Virus record (IMG/VR): IMGVR_UViG_3300044946_000086
Span: 1 to 62,037 of that record
From: a virus
Lineage: Duplodnaviria; Caudoviricetes
Strand: one strand, 5' to 3'
Length of the DNA stretch: 62,037 nucleotides
The translations under genes and the position numbers were made by a program. Below the pieces are notes generated by a model, which was not told where the DNA came from, searched no databases, and worked only from the letters and a program-made list of their open reading frames with translations. Of the stretch, positions 44,235 to 54,013 are shown in pieces; position 1 is the stretch's first letter; the number at the start of each line of letters is the position of its first letter.

Positions 44235-45608
44235 TCAATTCATTGAGATGAACCAGCGCGTGCTCGCGACCTTGACCGCCGTGGCGGTGTGGCCGGCCAG
44301 TAGTGTTACCGATCCCGTCGTGCCCGCAGGAGACAGCACCAGCGTGTCTGACGTGATGGCAATCGTCACCGTGCCCGCGCTCGTATCGTTGTAGAACGAG
44401 AGTGAAGTGCCAATAGGTGCCGCGACGTTCGCGTTGCTGTCGATCGTCCACGTCCTCGCCGTCGTGTCTGCACTGGGATGGTAGATGATGTCGCCTTGGT
44501 CGGTAAGCAACGTCGTATAGGCCGCCGACTGCGAGTTGACGTGGATGTGGGGATATTGGTAAGTGGGATTGGCCGAACCGTTTCCAGTAAGCACGGTGTC
44601 CGCTGCACCAGCAGCTGTCACTTGGGGAACGGCTCCCGCGCCGCCACCCACCACTACGCCGTACTGAGTCAGGACACCCGATGAAGCGAGCGTCCCTGAT
44701 GCGGTGTAGGCGAGGACGCCACCAGATGTGCCGGAGGTAAGACCAGTTCCGCCGGCCGCTACAGTCAAAGGTGAGGCAAAGATGTCGTCCGAGTAAAACC
44801 AGATGCCGTTAACATACTCGAAATATAGCTTGTGGTCGCCGGATGGAGCCGGGGTGATAAGCGTGATCGTTGCGCCGCTGCCGCCGAATCGCTGCACGTT
44901 GCCCGAAGTCGTGAAAGTGGAAGTGCCGTTGCAAGCCAATGCGTATAACGTGAAATTGTTCCCCGAGGCCGGCGAACCTGGCAACGTGATCGAAGTCGTC
45001 GTGCCATTGGTGAACGGCGTAAAGTAGAGCTTACTGCCCACCGAGGGTGCGTTGGTTGCGCCTGTGGTGCCTGCGGAGGCTGAGATGGTGATGGAGGTTG
45101 CGGTGGCACCTCCAAGAGCCGGAGTTACAAGCGTAGGGGACGTGGCGAAGACGAGTGCTCCCGTGCCCGTGGCACCAGTAGAAGTAACCCCCTCGATGGT
45201 TTGATGGCCTGTGAAGGTGTTCGCAGCGTCAGTTCGTGCGAGGGTGGCATTCGTTGATGGGAAGGTCATCGTCGTGCTGTCAGTGCCGGCCAGCGTAATC
45301 GAATTGTTGAATGTGAGTGTCTTTGCTGCGGCACCTGTCAGCGTATAGGTCCCGGTAGTGAACGTGTTGCCGTTTACGGTAGTGGGAGTGATCGCACCGA
45401 GCGTCAGCGTAATAGCTGGCGTGGTTGTAGCTGTCGCAACGCTTCCTGAAACGCCGTTGTTTGTAACCACTGAAACGCTTGTGACCGTGCCTGAGCCACC
45501 ACCACCACCAGGATTATAGGTATTCCCGCCGCCGTTTGATGGATATTGCGCCTGAGCAATCGAAACTCCTGCGATAAGAACTGAGATTAGATAGCGGAGG
45601 AGTTTCAT
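44235..45608 (-). CDS. Tail-fibre-like protein with signal peptide
   Basis: Fibre repeats GTVTSV, GTGALVFATSPTLVTPALG and VAAGGTG; C-terminal NSQSAAYT domain; AQA cleavage site. Confidence 0.75.
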   Translation of the reverse strand: MKLLRYLISVLIAGVSIAQAQYPSNGGGNTYNPGGGGGSGTVTSVSVVTNNGVSGSVATATTTPAITLTLGAITPTTVNGNTFTTGTYTLTGAAAKTLTFNNSITLAGTDSTTMTFPSTNATLARTDAANTFTGHQTIEGVTSTGATGTGALVFATSPTLVTPALGGATATSITISASAGTTGATNAPSVGSKLYFTPFTNGTTTSITLPGSPASGNNFTLYALACNGTSTFTTSGNVQRFGGSGATITLITPAPSGDHKLYFEYVNGIWFYSDDIFASPLTVAAGGTGLTSGTSGGVLAYTASGTLASSGVLTQYGVVVGGGAGAVPQVTAAGAADTVLTGNGSANPTYQYPHIHVNSQSAAYTTLLTDQGDIIYHPSADTTARTWTIDSNANVAAPIGTSLSFYNDTSAGTVTIAITSDTLVLSPAGTTGSVTLLAGHTATAVKVASTRWFISMN

Positions 45609-45917
45609 TTACTTGTATTTCCTCCAGATGAATTGCACGTTGGTGCCGGTCGCTGATTTATCATTTCTCCGAACCTGAATCTCCATTGCATTTGCCACAA
45701 CATTGATGACGATACCTGAGTTTGCGCCAATCGTAACAAATTGGCCGGGCGCGTCGGTGCTCGCACAAGCAATGTCAAGTGCCACTCCGGGATTGATGAT
45801 CGTGACTTCATCTGCCGGGATATTAGGCAGTGAGACGAAGGCAGAACCGGGTGAGCCGGTGTTGACCGAATTATTGGCTCCCCATGAGGAGGTTGGGTTG
45901 AAAAAGTTTTGAGGCAT
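45609..45917 (-). CDS. Virion structural protein
   Basis: Beta-rich 102-aa ORF in the late operon. Confidence 0.55.
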   Translation of the reverse strand: MPQNFFNPTSSWGANNSVNTGSPGSAFVSLPNIPADEVTIINPGVALDIACASTDAPGQFVTIGANSGIVINVVANAMEIQVRRNDKSATGTNVQFIWRKYK

Positions 45918-45929
45918 TTTGATGATAAG

Positions 45930-46817
45930 TTAGAAACCGAGAGGTGTTCCGATTTGGTTGGCTGGTGTGGATGGACTTCCGAGTTGATTTTTTGCGAACT
46001 GCCGACCGTCTTCGGCCTGCTTTAAGACCTGCGCCTTGTCCCCGCTTTTATCCCATGTTGGCGTGGACATCAATGCTTCAATTGCAATTGGTATCAGGCT
46101 TTTGTTCACAAACTGATCTGGAACAGGGATGGTTGTGGCATTGTCGTAATCGGCCTGCGTGAGCAGTTTTGGCCAGTAAGACATGCGTGCGTTTATCGCA
46201 TAATTTTGATCGGGTGCCGGTGACACACGGAGCACAAGAAGCGGCTCGTTTCCTTGGGAATTTCCGAGTGGCTGAACCCACCATGTCAGAGGCCGACCGA
46301 CCGTTTGCTGGAATGGCCATGAGAGTAGCTGACTTGGAGCCTTGGCCAGTTCGATATTGATTAATCCTGTGGCGCCTTGGGCGAAGCGAGGATTGCCCAC
46401 AATCCGGTCAAAAGGATAGCGGGTTGAATAGACCGCATCACCATAGATCGTGGAAACAACGGTGCCCGTCGGCCCAAGGTAGGGATTAAGCAAGGTGTCT
46501 GGACTTGCCCCAATAATCTGGTTCCAGCTCGAGTCTCCGGGAAGAACAATAGACCGACCAATTTCAGCCGCAGTAAAAAGGCTCGAGGCAAGTTGATTTG
46601 ATCCTTGTACGGGTGAAAGCGTTACCGTCGTCGGTGCAGGCAGAAGAAAACCTTCCGTCAACTCCTTGAAATATGCCGGTAGAGAGTTGTAAATCTCCTG
46701 AAGCGCAGTGTTCGCCGCCTCCAGCACATCGAACTGCTCGCTCAGCGTGAGCTTGGTAAAGTCATTGCCGCGAGCCCGGCGCCCAATACTGTAAACTAGT
46801 TGTGTGACCGTAATCAT
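45930..46817 (-). CDS. Head-tail adaptor / tail tubular A-like protein
   Basis: N-terminal helix pair, GRPLTWW, LRVSPAPDQNY; located after the major capsid gene. Confidence 0.6.
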   Translation of the reverse strand: MITVTQLVYSIGRRARGNDFTKLTLSEQFDVLEAANTALQEIYNSLPAYFKELTEGFLLPAPTTVTLSPVQGSNQLASSLFTAAEIGRSIVLPGDSSWNQIIGASPDTLLNPYLGPTGTVVSTIYGDAVYSTRYPFDRIVGNPRFAQGATGLINIELAKAPSQLLSWPFQQTVGRPLTWWVQPLGNSQGNEPLLVLRVSPAPDQNYAINARMSYWPKLLTQADYDNATTIPVPDQFVNKSLIPIAIEALMSTPTWDKSGDKAQVLKQAEDGRQFAKNQLGSPSTPANQIGTPLGF

Positions 46818-47542
46818 TGATTATCGACAACCTCCCTTCCTGGGTTGCGCGGCTGGACATTCGGGAAGCCGCCTGTCGCGCCAAGACGCTGCATGGCAAC
46901 CTCAGCGTCGGCAGTAAGTTGCTCGAGCAAGTCTGGCCGGCTGAATTGACTGCTGCGGGTCACCAGCATGCGGGCGATAGGCAGAAAGATGCTCTCCGTG
47001 TATTCGTGGGCAACTGGCAGTAGCGCGGTCGATCCTATATTTGCCACGGTGTACGATGGGGCACCAGCAATCGCGTCAAACGTGATGTTCCCGTTGGAAT
47101 TTGGAACTGGGGCGAGATAGATCGAAATCTGATCGATGTCCGACTGTGGAGAGCCGCTGACCTGATTTTGAACCCAGTATGCCGATGGGATTCCCGTGGC
47201 CTGTCCATAGGTCGAAGACCCAAGGAAAATCCTGTCGTACTGGTCAAGCTCACCACGGCTGGCAATGGCCCGCAGTGGTTTCACGTCATTCAGCCGCATG
47301 TTTCCGAGCACAGCCTGAGTGCCGAGAGCCAGAGGGTAGATGGACGTGCCGGCCTGGATATTTTGCGTAATCCTCGTCCGCGTGAAGTAATCCTCGCCGG
47401 CTGCCTGAAGCTGCTGCAACGCTGCGTTAATCGCTACAATCACGTCCTGCTGAGCCAAGGCGGGTGCCAGCGTCGGATCGGAACCCTCGATACCGAGCTT
47501 GCTCAAAAGGTCATTGGCGACTTGGATGATTTGAAGTGACAT
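46814..47542 (-). CDS. Head-tail adaptor-like protein (paralog)
   Basis: AINAALQQL...GIPSAYW...IYLAPVP; resembles 45930..46817. Confidence 0.6.
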   Translation of the reverse strand: MSLQIIQVANDLLSKLGIEGSDPTLAPALAQQDVIVAINAALQQLQAAGEDYFTRTRITQNIQAGTSIYPLALGTQAVLGNMRLNDVKPLRAIASRGELDQYDRIFLGSSTYGQATGIPSAYWVQNQVSGSPQSDIDQISIYLAPVPNSNGNITFDAIAGAPSYTVANIGSTALLPVAHEYTESIFLPIARMLVTRSSQFSRPDLLEQLTADAEVAMQRLGATGGFPNVQPRNPGREVVDNQ

Positions 47543-47545
47543 CGA

Positions 47546-47911
47546 TCATGCAGGTACGAGGGCAGATTTTGGGCCGGGTTTCTTTTTCAGACGGTGCGGG
47601 GCAAGGCGCTCGAGAGTATCCTCGGCGCGGGCGACAAGAATTTCGTCAGTAGTGTCTTCAGCGATCGGCAGTTCATCTGCGGTCAACGGTGGCGTGATCT
47701 GCGCCGGAGGGTTCTCCTCCACGAACTTCACCAAAGGGAAAAGCGAGTGATAGCGTGTAAAACAGAGGGTGAATGCGTCGTTGAAATTGGTTTCATCGAA
47801 CACCTTGTTTTGAAAGAGGTAGCATTGGTGTGCTTCGCTCCATTGAAACTCGCCTCTCGAGTAACCGTTTACGCGGGGATGCCCGGTGAAGTATATGATG
47901 ATTTTCGACAT
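47546..47911 (-). CDS. Hypothetical protein
   Basis: Directly downstream of the major capsid gene. Confidence 0.6.
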   Translation of the reverse strand: MSKIIIYFTGHPRVNGYSRGEFQWSEAHQCYLFQNKVFDETNFNDAFTLCFTRYHSLFPLVKFVEENPPAQITPPLTADELPIAEDTTDEILVARAEDTLERLAPHRLKKKPGPKSALVPA

Positions 47912-47917
47912 AAAGTG

Positions 47918-47948
47918 AAGCTGGCCGGAGGTTTAGTCCGGCCAGCTT
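47918..47948 (-). terminator. Hairpin after the major capsid gene
   Basis: AAGCTGGCCGGA-N7-TCCGGCCAGCTT, a perfect 12-bp stem. Confidence 0.7.
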
Positions 47949-47966
47949 GTGAGTCAACGACTCGTA

Positions 47967-49451
47967 TTAAACGACCGTCGGTAGCGCGAGTTCCGGGTAA
48001 AGAATCGCGTGTTCCATCTGGACGTAGCCCGGATAGACACCGCGATTGTTCTTGCGGAGCACCTGACCGAAGACGGTCGTGATGTAGGTGTTGGTCTGGT
48101 GTTCGCCGTCAACCAGCCATTGCGTGCGGTTGTTGCGATACATGCCGTAGCCACGGAGCATTGAGCCAGCAGCCAGCATGACCGTGCGGCCAATCGGGAC
48201 GCCATTGGCATTGCACTGGACGATGGTGGCGCCTTGGGGGTGGGTCTGCGTGTGCAGGTTGGCCCAAACACCCGTGCTCCACGTCACATTGCCCACGGTC
48301 AGGAGAGCGACCGGGCCGTTCTGGACGGGCGCGAGACGCTTGGTGATCGTGATCTGATTCCCGTTGTTTCCGGTCGTGTAGGCATACATGCAGGACTTGC
48401 CCGGATCGGTCGGGGCATTGCTCGGATTGACGATCAGGAAATACTTCTCGTCGGTCGGTGGGCTGAACGTATCGTTCGCCAAGAAGGGGAACGCATAGTT
48501 CGAGAAGAACCGGAAGTATTGCTTGAGGGTGTCTGGAGCGCCGACCGCCAGACCGCCGCCAGTGATAGCGATGGCCGAGGTTCCAGCCGTGATGGCCGTG
48601 CCAAGGAAGCCTTTGGCGTTGAACGCGCTGCCGACTGGGCCGTTGCCGTCGTGATCGATCGGATTGTACTCACGGATGGAGTGACCGTCGATTTCGGCAT
48701 AACCGCCCGTATAGAGAGGATTCTGCTCGTAGTTCTCACGGGGCATCGCCTGTTGCAGCATGAGCTGGTAGCCTGGGTCTTGCTTGAGGCTGAAGAGGCC
48801 AGGCGTGACGCCGACCACGCAGTACTTGAGCACGTCAGTCCCGCGAACAACCGCCGTTTTGCACGGCTGGCCACCGAGGGGCTTGAGGGCTTGTCCCATC
48901 GTCAGAATGCTGTTCAGCGATAGGCTGTCAGCCGACTTAAGCAGGCCAATGCTGGTTTTGCCGTTGGCAAACACCGTGTTCTGAGAACCGCCACGGAGGC
49001 GGTAGGTCATCATGGCGCGAGCCGTTTTTTCACGGCCCATCCACTTGCCGAGTTCCTCGACTTGGCCGGAACGCAGTTCGCCCATCATACCCATGTACTC
49101 GTCAGAGCGACGGGTGATCGACGTGGCGTTGCGCAGGTAGTCGGCGTCCAGTTCAAAGGAGCTGATGTTATCGACTTCGAAGTCGGTGGGCTGGGTGAAT
49201 TGATTATCGCCCAACTTGCCGGGGCCGTAGTAGCCCGAACGGACGGTGACGCGGAACTTGAGGCCGGCGCCCTTGCTCGTGTCGTTAGTGACCCAAATCG
49301 GATCAGTCCGATTCGCGCCTTCAAAAGTTGAGAAGAAGTCTTCGGTTTGTTCGAAGACGTCGATATTCTTCTGCCAAAGGATGCGCAGAGAATTTGCATC
49401 GAGTGCCGCAAGAGCGTCACCCGTGTTATTAGTGCCGAGATTCCATGACAT
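47967..49451 (-). CDS. Major capsid protein (N4-gp56/DUF4043-like)
   Basis: Follows the scaffold; strong codon bias; DTSKGAG...LRNAT...LKQDPGY...NPLYTGGYAEIDG. Confidence 0.85.
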   Translation of the reverse strand: MSWNLGTNNTGDALAALDANSLRILWQKNIDVFEQTEDFFSTFEGANRTDPIWVTNDTSKGAGLKFRVTVRSGYYGPGKLGDNQFTQPTDFEVDNISSFELDADYLRNATSITRRSDEYMGMMGELRSGQVEELGKWMGREKTARAMMTYRLRGGSQNTVFANGKTSIGLLKSADSLSLNSILTMGQALKPLGGQPCKTAVVRGTDVLKYCVVGVTPGLFSLKQDPGYQLMLQQAMPRENYEQNPLYTGGYAEIDGHSIREYNPIDHDGNGPVGSAFNAKGFLGTAITAGTSAIAITGGGLAVGAPDTLKQYFRFFSNYAFPFLANDTFSPPTDEKYFLIVNPSNAPTDPGKSCMYAYTTGNNGNQITITKRLAPVQNGPVALLTVGNVTWSTGVWANLHTQTHPQGATIVQCNANGVPIGRTVMLAAGSMLRGYGMYRNNRTQWLVDGEHQTNTYITTVFGQVLRKNNRGVYPGYVQMEHAILYPELALPTVV

Positions 49452-49517
49452 GGTAGTAAAATTTAAATGCCTGCTGGATGCCTTCCAGAGAGGGGATTCA
49501 TCGCACTAAAACCGGGC

Positions 49518-50654
49518 TTAGAACTCCTTAACCCCGAAACCTGCCATCAGTTTTCGTAGGTCTGCGGGAGTGCTTGCGGCGGTGATTTTCTTTGCGATTT
49601 CTCCGTTTGGACTTGTCGCGGGCGGTACAGTCGAACCTGTGGGCAGGATGTTCTTCTTGGGAGCGGCTGCGGCGGGCGCGGGTTTAGTCGGCGCGGGCTT
49701 GGCAATCTTACTCTTGGGTGCAATACCCATCTCCTTCGCAACCATCTGCGCAATTCGCAGAGGTTTTTCCGGGTCAAAGTAGAGCGGGTCTTTGTTGGCT
49801 TGGAGTTCCCCCTCAATTTCCAACATTCTTTTCCCAAACTCGCTGTCTGGCTTTGCGGCGTCTTGGTAGAGATCGGCTGCCTTGCGCTCGGATGCCGAGA
49901 AGTTGCGTTCGTAATCAGCGGCGGCTTGCACCTGCTGCTGTTCAGATTGCTTCTCGATTACATTGCGTTGGCGGTCGAGACGGCGAAGGTTGCGGTCAAT
50001 TTCATCAACTGATTCGAAGTTGAGGTCTTTGACGGCTTTGGTTCGTTCTGCCTCGAGACGTTCGATAGTGGAATCAACCGCTTCGATAGTCTGAGGAAGG
50101 TCGGAACCCGGCTTGGGCGGCTCTGGTTCGGCGGGCGCTGCGGTCGGGGTTTTAATTCCGAGTTCGGCGCGGGCGTTCATCAGGGCTTCTTCCATTGTCA
50201 AGCTGGGGTCGCCCCGCATAATTGAAATGGCTAATTTGCCTGCCTTGTCGTCTTGCTTGAGTCTGAGACGAAACCGATTCTTTTCCGTGGCCTCGGGTTC
50301 ACCCTCGGGGGCCGTATCTGGTTCGGCTGGAGTCTCAGGTTCGGCTGGTGTCTCTTCGGGCTCGGCAGGGGTTTCACCGCCTTCGGGCTCGGCTGGGATT
50401 TCGGCTGGTGTCGCCTCGGCTGCGGGTGGTTTCACCTCCGCAGGCGGCGGCGTTGCCGGTACGGGATCAGGTGCCTTTGGAGCACGGAGATCATCCATCA
50501 TCTTTCTGACATCTGCCGGAGTGGACGCGCTTTTGACTTTGTTCGTAAACTCCTGCGTTGCTGGTAAAGAACTAGGCGGCGGTGAGGCTGCCGGAGTGAC
50601 TGTAGGTTCTGCGGTTGCAGATTGCGGGGGAGACCCGGCAAGTGCTGTTGACAT
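49518..50654 (-). CDS. Capsid scaffolding protein
   Basis: Pro/Glu-rich N-terminus plus coiled coil, immediately upstream of the capsid gene; TTGACA promoter upstream. Confidence 0.75.
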   Translation of the reverse strand: MSTALAGSPPQSATAEPTVTPAASPPPSSLPATQEFTNKVKSASTPADVRKMMDDLRAPKAPDPVPATPPPAEVKPPAAEATPAEIPAEPEGGETPAEPEETPAEPETPAEPDTAPEGEPEATEKNRFRLRLKQDDKAGKLAISIMRGDPSLTMEEALMNARAELGIKTPTAAPAEPEPPKPGSDLPQTIEAVDSTIERLEAERTKAVKDLNFESVDEIDRNLRRLDRQRNVIEKQSEQQQVQAAADYERNFSASERKAADLYQDAAKPDSEFGKRMLEIEGELQANKDPLYFDPEKPLRIAQMVAKEMGIAPKSKIAKPAPTKPAPAAAAPKKNILPTGSTVPPATSPNGEIAKKITAASTPADLRKLMAGFGVKEF

Positions 50655-50764
50655 AAATGACTTGTGCTTACCGCCGAGAATTATTGTCAAAACATTTTCT
50701 GTGGATTGGCCTACTATCCGTGTTATCTCTTGAAAAAAATGCCAGACGGTAAGTAGATGATTCG

Positions 50765-52381
50765 GTGTCTCCCGACCTGCAAAATCGAAGTCCTCAAGTT
50801 GAACGCCTTCCTGATCTTCGTCTTCGGGTAACAAGGATTTACGATGTCCTTAACAATGTTCCGAAGACACCGGCAGCGATTTTGTCGGCGTGCTGGTTGC
50901 CTTGGGCAACGGCGGACGCCTCCTATGCTAACTGCCTACTGATAAAGCAGGATGTGAGCGGTCAGGTCGGCCCGTTTGAAGAACCATGCAAGGAGCCGCC
51001 TATTCTCACTCGGGTTTACGAACAGATTTCACCGACCGCCGAGACGCAGGTGGGTAATTGCGGATTAGAAATCGGCCCGCAAAACGGTTTAACGGTAATT
51101 ATTGCCGAGTTCCTTCAGTTTTCCGGCCAGACCCCAACCTACGGCGTTCCTGGCACGACAACCGCCCCGGCACCGTTCGCCTCGTATCTAATGAAGACCG
51201 AGGAGCGGACGGATGACGGGACGCTCCAGAGGATCAAGCGCACTTACATCAACAGCGGACAGATTTCTTTGGACACCGAATATCTGAGGTCAGTCGATAC
51301 CGGAACGACAGGCGTTACCAAGACGACGATCAAATATCTCAGCGAGATTACGGTTAATTCAAATCCGATAACGCAACCCGGTGGAACCGCCTTACTTCAG
51401 AGCAGTTATGATAATGCTGATGGATACAGAATTTGGACGATGGTTTATGCCAGTGGAACTGGCACCGTCGAATCGTCCATAGAATACAAGAACAATGGGC
51501 TGCTCGTAATTTACAGCATAACGGCGCTGACAACTCCACCCACTGCACCGTCACCGACCATCGGAGGCACCGTCGTCCTGATTCGTTCATCGCATCGCAA
51601 TAGCCCGCGACTCGAGGAAGGAGCCATTGTTTATGATTATGTCTGGGCTGAAGGGTTGGGGTTGATAGAAAGTTCAATAATTGTTCGTGAAGATGGGTTA
51701 CGCGATCAGACATACGTTTCGCTTGGAACAAAACAGACTCCGACAGGCGCCATAGTCCGCGACGAATCCGAGCAGATAGATGGTGTCACAAAATACACGG
51801 TCACAGCCCGTCAATCTGCGGCTGGAGGAGCCCCGTCAGGTTACTCATTGAGCTATCAGCGATACCATCAGTTCAGGTATCCTGGTCGTCTGAAAGCGTA
51901 CATATACACTGCGGCTAGCGGTAAAAGATTTCTGGATGTTTTCAAATCACCCCCGGTTGACGTTGACATCCTCGCAACCGTCACAATCACCTACCAGACG
52001 ACAAACACAATTTCCCTTGTTGGAGGGTATCCATTTTGGCAGCCTACCGATGGCGCCACCATACAAGGCGATTGGGTTGGGCTCAATAACTATCAAGCTA
52101 ATTTGGTTGAAAGCTGGCCGGGATATAGGGCTGTAAATTCTAGCGCATCGATAACCTCTTCCGCATCTCAGCCGAACGACTCCGTTTTTGGTAATCTGGC
52201 GTATGGAGGAACAGCCGCCTCTATTTCCATTTCTGGTGGCCCGGCTAGTCCGGACAATAATAATTACACTATCGGCGTGCCTATGTTAGAATACGTTTTT
52301 ACTGACACTTCTGGCACAAAATACTATCGCCAGACACTTGTAACAGCCACCATACCAGCCCAGCCTGCATTACCAGTATGA
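50765..52381 (+). CDS. Probable virion/tail protein
   Basis: 538-aa Thr/Ser/Gly-rich beta protein with internal repeats, divergent from the scaffold gene. Confidence 0.6.
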   Translation: MSPDLQNRSPQVERLPDLRLRVTRIYDVLNNVPKTPAAILSACWLPWATADASYANCLLIKQDVSGQVGPFEEPCKEPPILTRVYEQISPTAETQVGNCGLEIGPQNGLTVIIAEFLQFSGQTPTYGVPGTTTAPAPFASYLMKTEERTDDGTLQRIKRTYINSGQISLDTEYLRSVDTGTTGVTKTTIKYLSEITVNSNPITQPGGTALLQSSYDNADGYRIWTMVYASGTGTVESSIEYKNNGLLVIYSITALTTPPTAPSPTIGGTVVLIRSSHRNSPRLEEGAIVYDYVWAEGLGLIESSIIVREDGLRDQTYVSLGTKQTPTGAIVRDESEQIDGVTKYTVTARQSAAGGAPSGYSLSYQRYHQFRYPGRLKAYIYTAASGKRFLDVFKSPPVDVDILATVTITYQTTNTISLVGGYPFWQPTDGATIQGDWVGLNNYQANLVESWPGYRAVNSSASITSSASQPNDSVFGNLAYGGTAASISISGGPASPDNNNYTIGVPMLEYVFTDTSGTKYYRQTLVTATIPAQPALPV

Positions 52382-52629
52382 ACAATCCTTTACACGGCTT
52401 TCAAGTTGGCCCGCTTGACTCGGCTCATCATTCTACGCCAACCAGTGTTTTCGGCTTCGCATCAAGGCCACCTGAACAAAATCGCGTTGACCGAACAGCG
52501 ATGTCTCCTAATAGTGAAGGGGATAGGCGTTGGATGCCTCAATTAATAAGCGCGTCTGGTTCAGTTACGGTCGGGGCTGGAACATCCACGATGTCTGGAA
52601 CAGCGAACATTACCTCATTTTTCTATTAA
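52378..52629 (+). CDS. Hypothetical protein
   Basis: ATGA overlap. Confidence 0.5.
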   Translation: MNNPLHGFQVGPLDSAHHSTPTSVFGFASRPPEQNRVDRTAMSPNSEGDRRWMPQLISASGSVTVGAGTSTMSGTANITSFFY

Positions 52630-52637
52630 TAAAACCA

Positions 52638-53582
52638 ATGAACGCAGCCTCAAAAGGTCGCCGTGGACCGCACAAATTATTCCGAGGTAATCAATCTCAG
52701 TTTACCAATGGAGAGATGGCGACAAATTCACCCGACCAAATGATTCGAAATCCGACAGGATATGATCCAAACGATAGCACAAAGTTGATTTACGGGGATA
52801 ATCAGCAGCATCCTACTTATGGCGCGGATGGTGAAATCAATTCGGAATACACACGGAGCATGGGCACAAAGTTTGGAAGTGCAGCCGGTCAGCCGGGTGA
52901 GATTACCGGATTAACTGCTGCTGTTCCGGGTTCTTCGCAAGCCCTGCCACTTGCTTCCTATAACGGTCCAGGAGCCACTTCAGCCTTTGCCCCATCCGGT
53001 CAATCTCAGTCTGACATCATCAATCGGATAAACCGTGGCCTCCCTCCACCAAGTTCATTCCAGAAATCAACAAGTTTTGCCATAGGAGGCAGTCTAGGAC
53101 CGGGCGGCGTGCCTATTCCCGGTTCATCACAAATTGAATCGACCAACCCTCTGACTGGTGGCAAGAGTCCTGCGCCGACAGGCAAGACGCAGACGGTTTC
53201 TTCGACGCCAGCCACGCCAAACTCTGGCGGCGTCATCACTCGAGGTAATGGAGACTTTGCACAGTTGAATCCTGATGCTGGTTACAAAGGCCCGAAGGCC
53301 ACGCTGGGCGCATCTGACACGATAGATCATGGCAGGGCGCTAGGATTTAGTTCTAGGGGTGGCGCAATGCCACAGAGTACCGACACAAACGCCCCATCTT
53401 TTACTGGCGGGACTGGTGCATTTCAGCGTGCTTTCAGCAACCCCGGCTCAGCCCAAATTTATCACTCATTTGTGCAAAACCTTTTTGGAAGTCAGAATGG
53501 CGGTGGTGGAGGCGGCGCTGCACCTTCGACCGGCATGACCCGGACTCCTAGCGGCGCAGGCCAAGGCGCATTAAGCCCCTGA
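52638..53582 (+). CDS. Gly/Ser/Pro-rich disordered protein (possible ejection protein)
   Basis: Amino-acid composition and location. Confidence 0.55.
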   Translation: MNAASKGRRGPHKLFRGNQSQFTNGEMATNSPDQMIRNPTGYDPNDSTKLIYGDNQQHPTYGADGEINSEYTRSMGTKFGSAAGQPGEITGLTAAVPGSSQALPLASYNGPGATSAFAPSGQSQSDIINRINRGLPPPSSFQKSTSFAIGGSLGPGGVPIPGSSQIESTNPLTGGKSPAPTGKTQTVSSTPATPNSGGVITRGNGDFAQLNPDAGYKGPKATLGASDTIDHGRALGFSSRGGAMPQSTDTNAPSFTGGTGAFQRAFSNPGSAQIYHSFVQNLFGSQNGGGGGGAAPSTGMTRTPSGAGQGALSP

Positions 53583-53852
53583 TTGGTTTTCTATAGTCGT
53601 TATCGCAGCCTTGAAATCCCTGTCCATAAACGACAGAATTTCTTTCTCGTACTCGACGTAAAGTTGACGACTTTTTTCCCTGTCATACGGATCATCTAAA
53701 GTAAGGGCATCGTCTTTCAATTTATCCCTGCGCCGTTTCAGCCGCGCCATAAAATAGCGGTTGAACGACAGGTTATCGCGCAGCGTTTTGATGTCGTTGA
53801 TCTGCTGCTCGGAAACCTCAATCCGGCGTGAGTCTTCGGCGGGGTCGTTCAT
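53571..53852 (-). CDS. Small helical protein typical of portal-downstream genes
   Basis: DIKTLRDNLSFNRYFM coiled-coil pattern. Confidence 0.55.
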   Translation of the reverse strand: MNDPAEDSRRIEVSEQQINDIKTLRDNLSFNRYFMARLKRRRDKLKDDALTLDDPYDREKSRQLYVEYEKEILSFMDRDFKAAITTIENQSGA

Positions 53853-53854
53853 GG

Positions 53855-54013
53855 TTAATACCCAGTTGAAATCCACCCGTTATTTATGGCCCAGCACAAC
53901 AATTCTATGAATCCGAAATAAGCTACGGCCAAAATGAACGGAAGAGCGGGAAGCATTCCGTCCTTTGACATCGGCTTTCCGTAAGCATCTCTATTCCAAA
54001 ATGGAGCACTCAT
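53855..54013 (-). CDS. Small membrane protein (52 aa)
   Basis: MSAPFWNRD...LPFILAVAYFGFIELLCWAI, translated by hand; ATGA overlap with the GT9 gene. Confidence 0.5.
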   Translation of the reverse strand: MSAPFWNRDAYGKPMSKDGMLPALPFILAVAYFGFIELLCWAINNGWISTGY

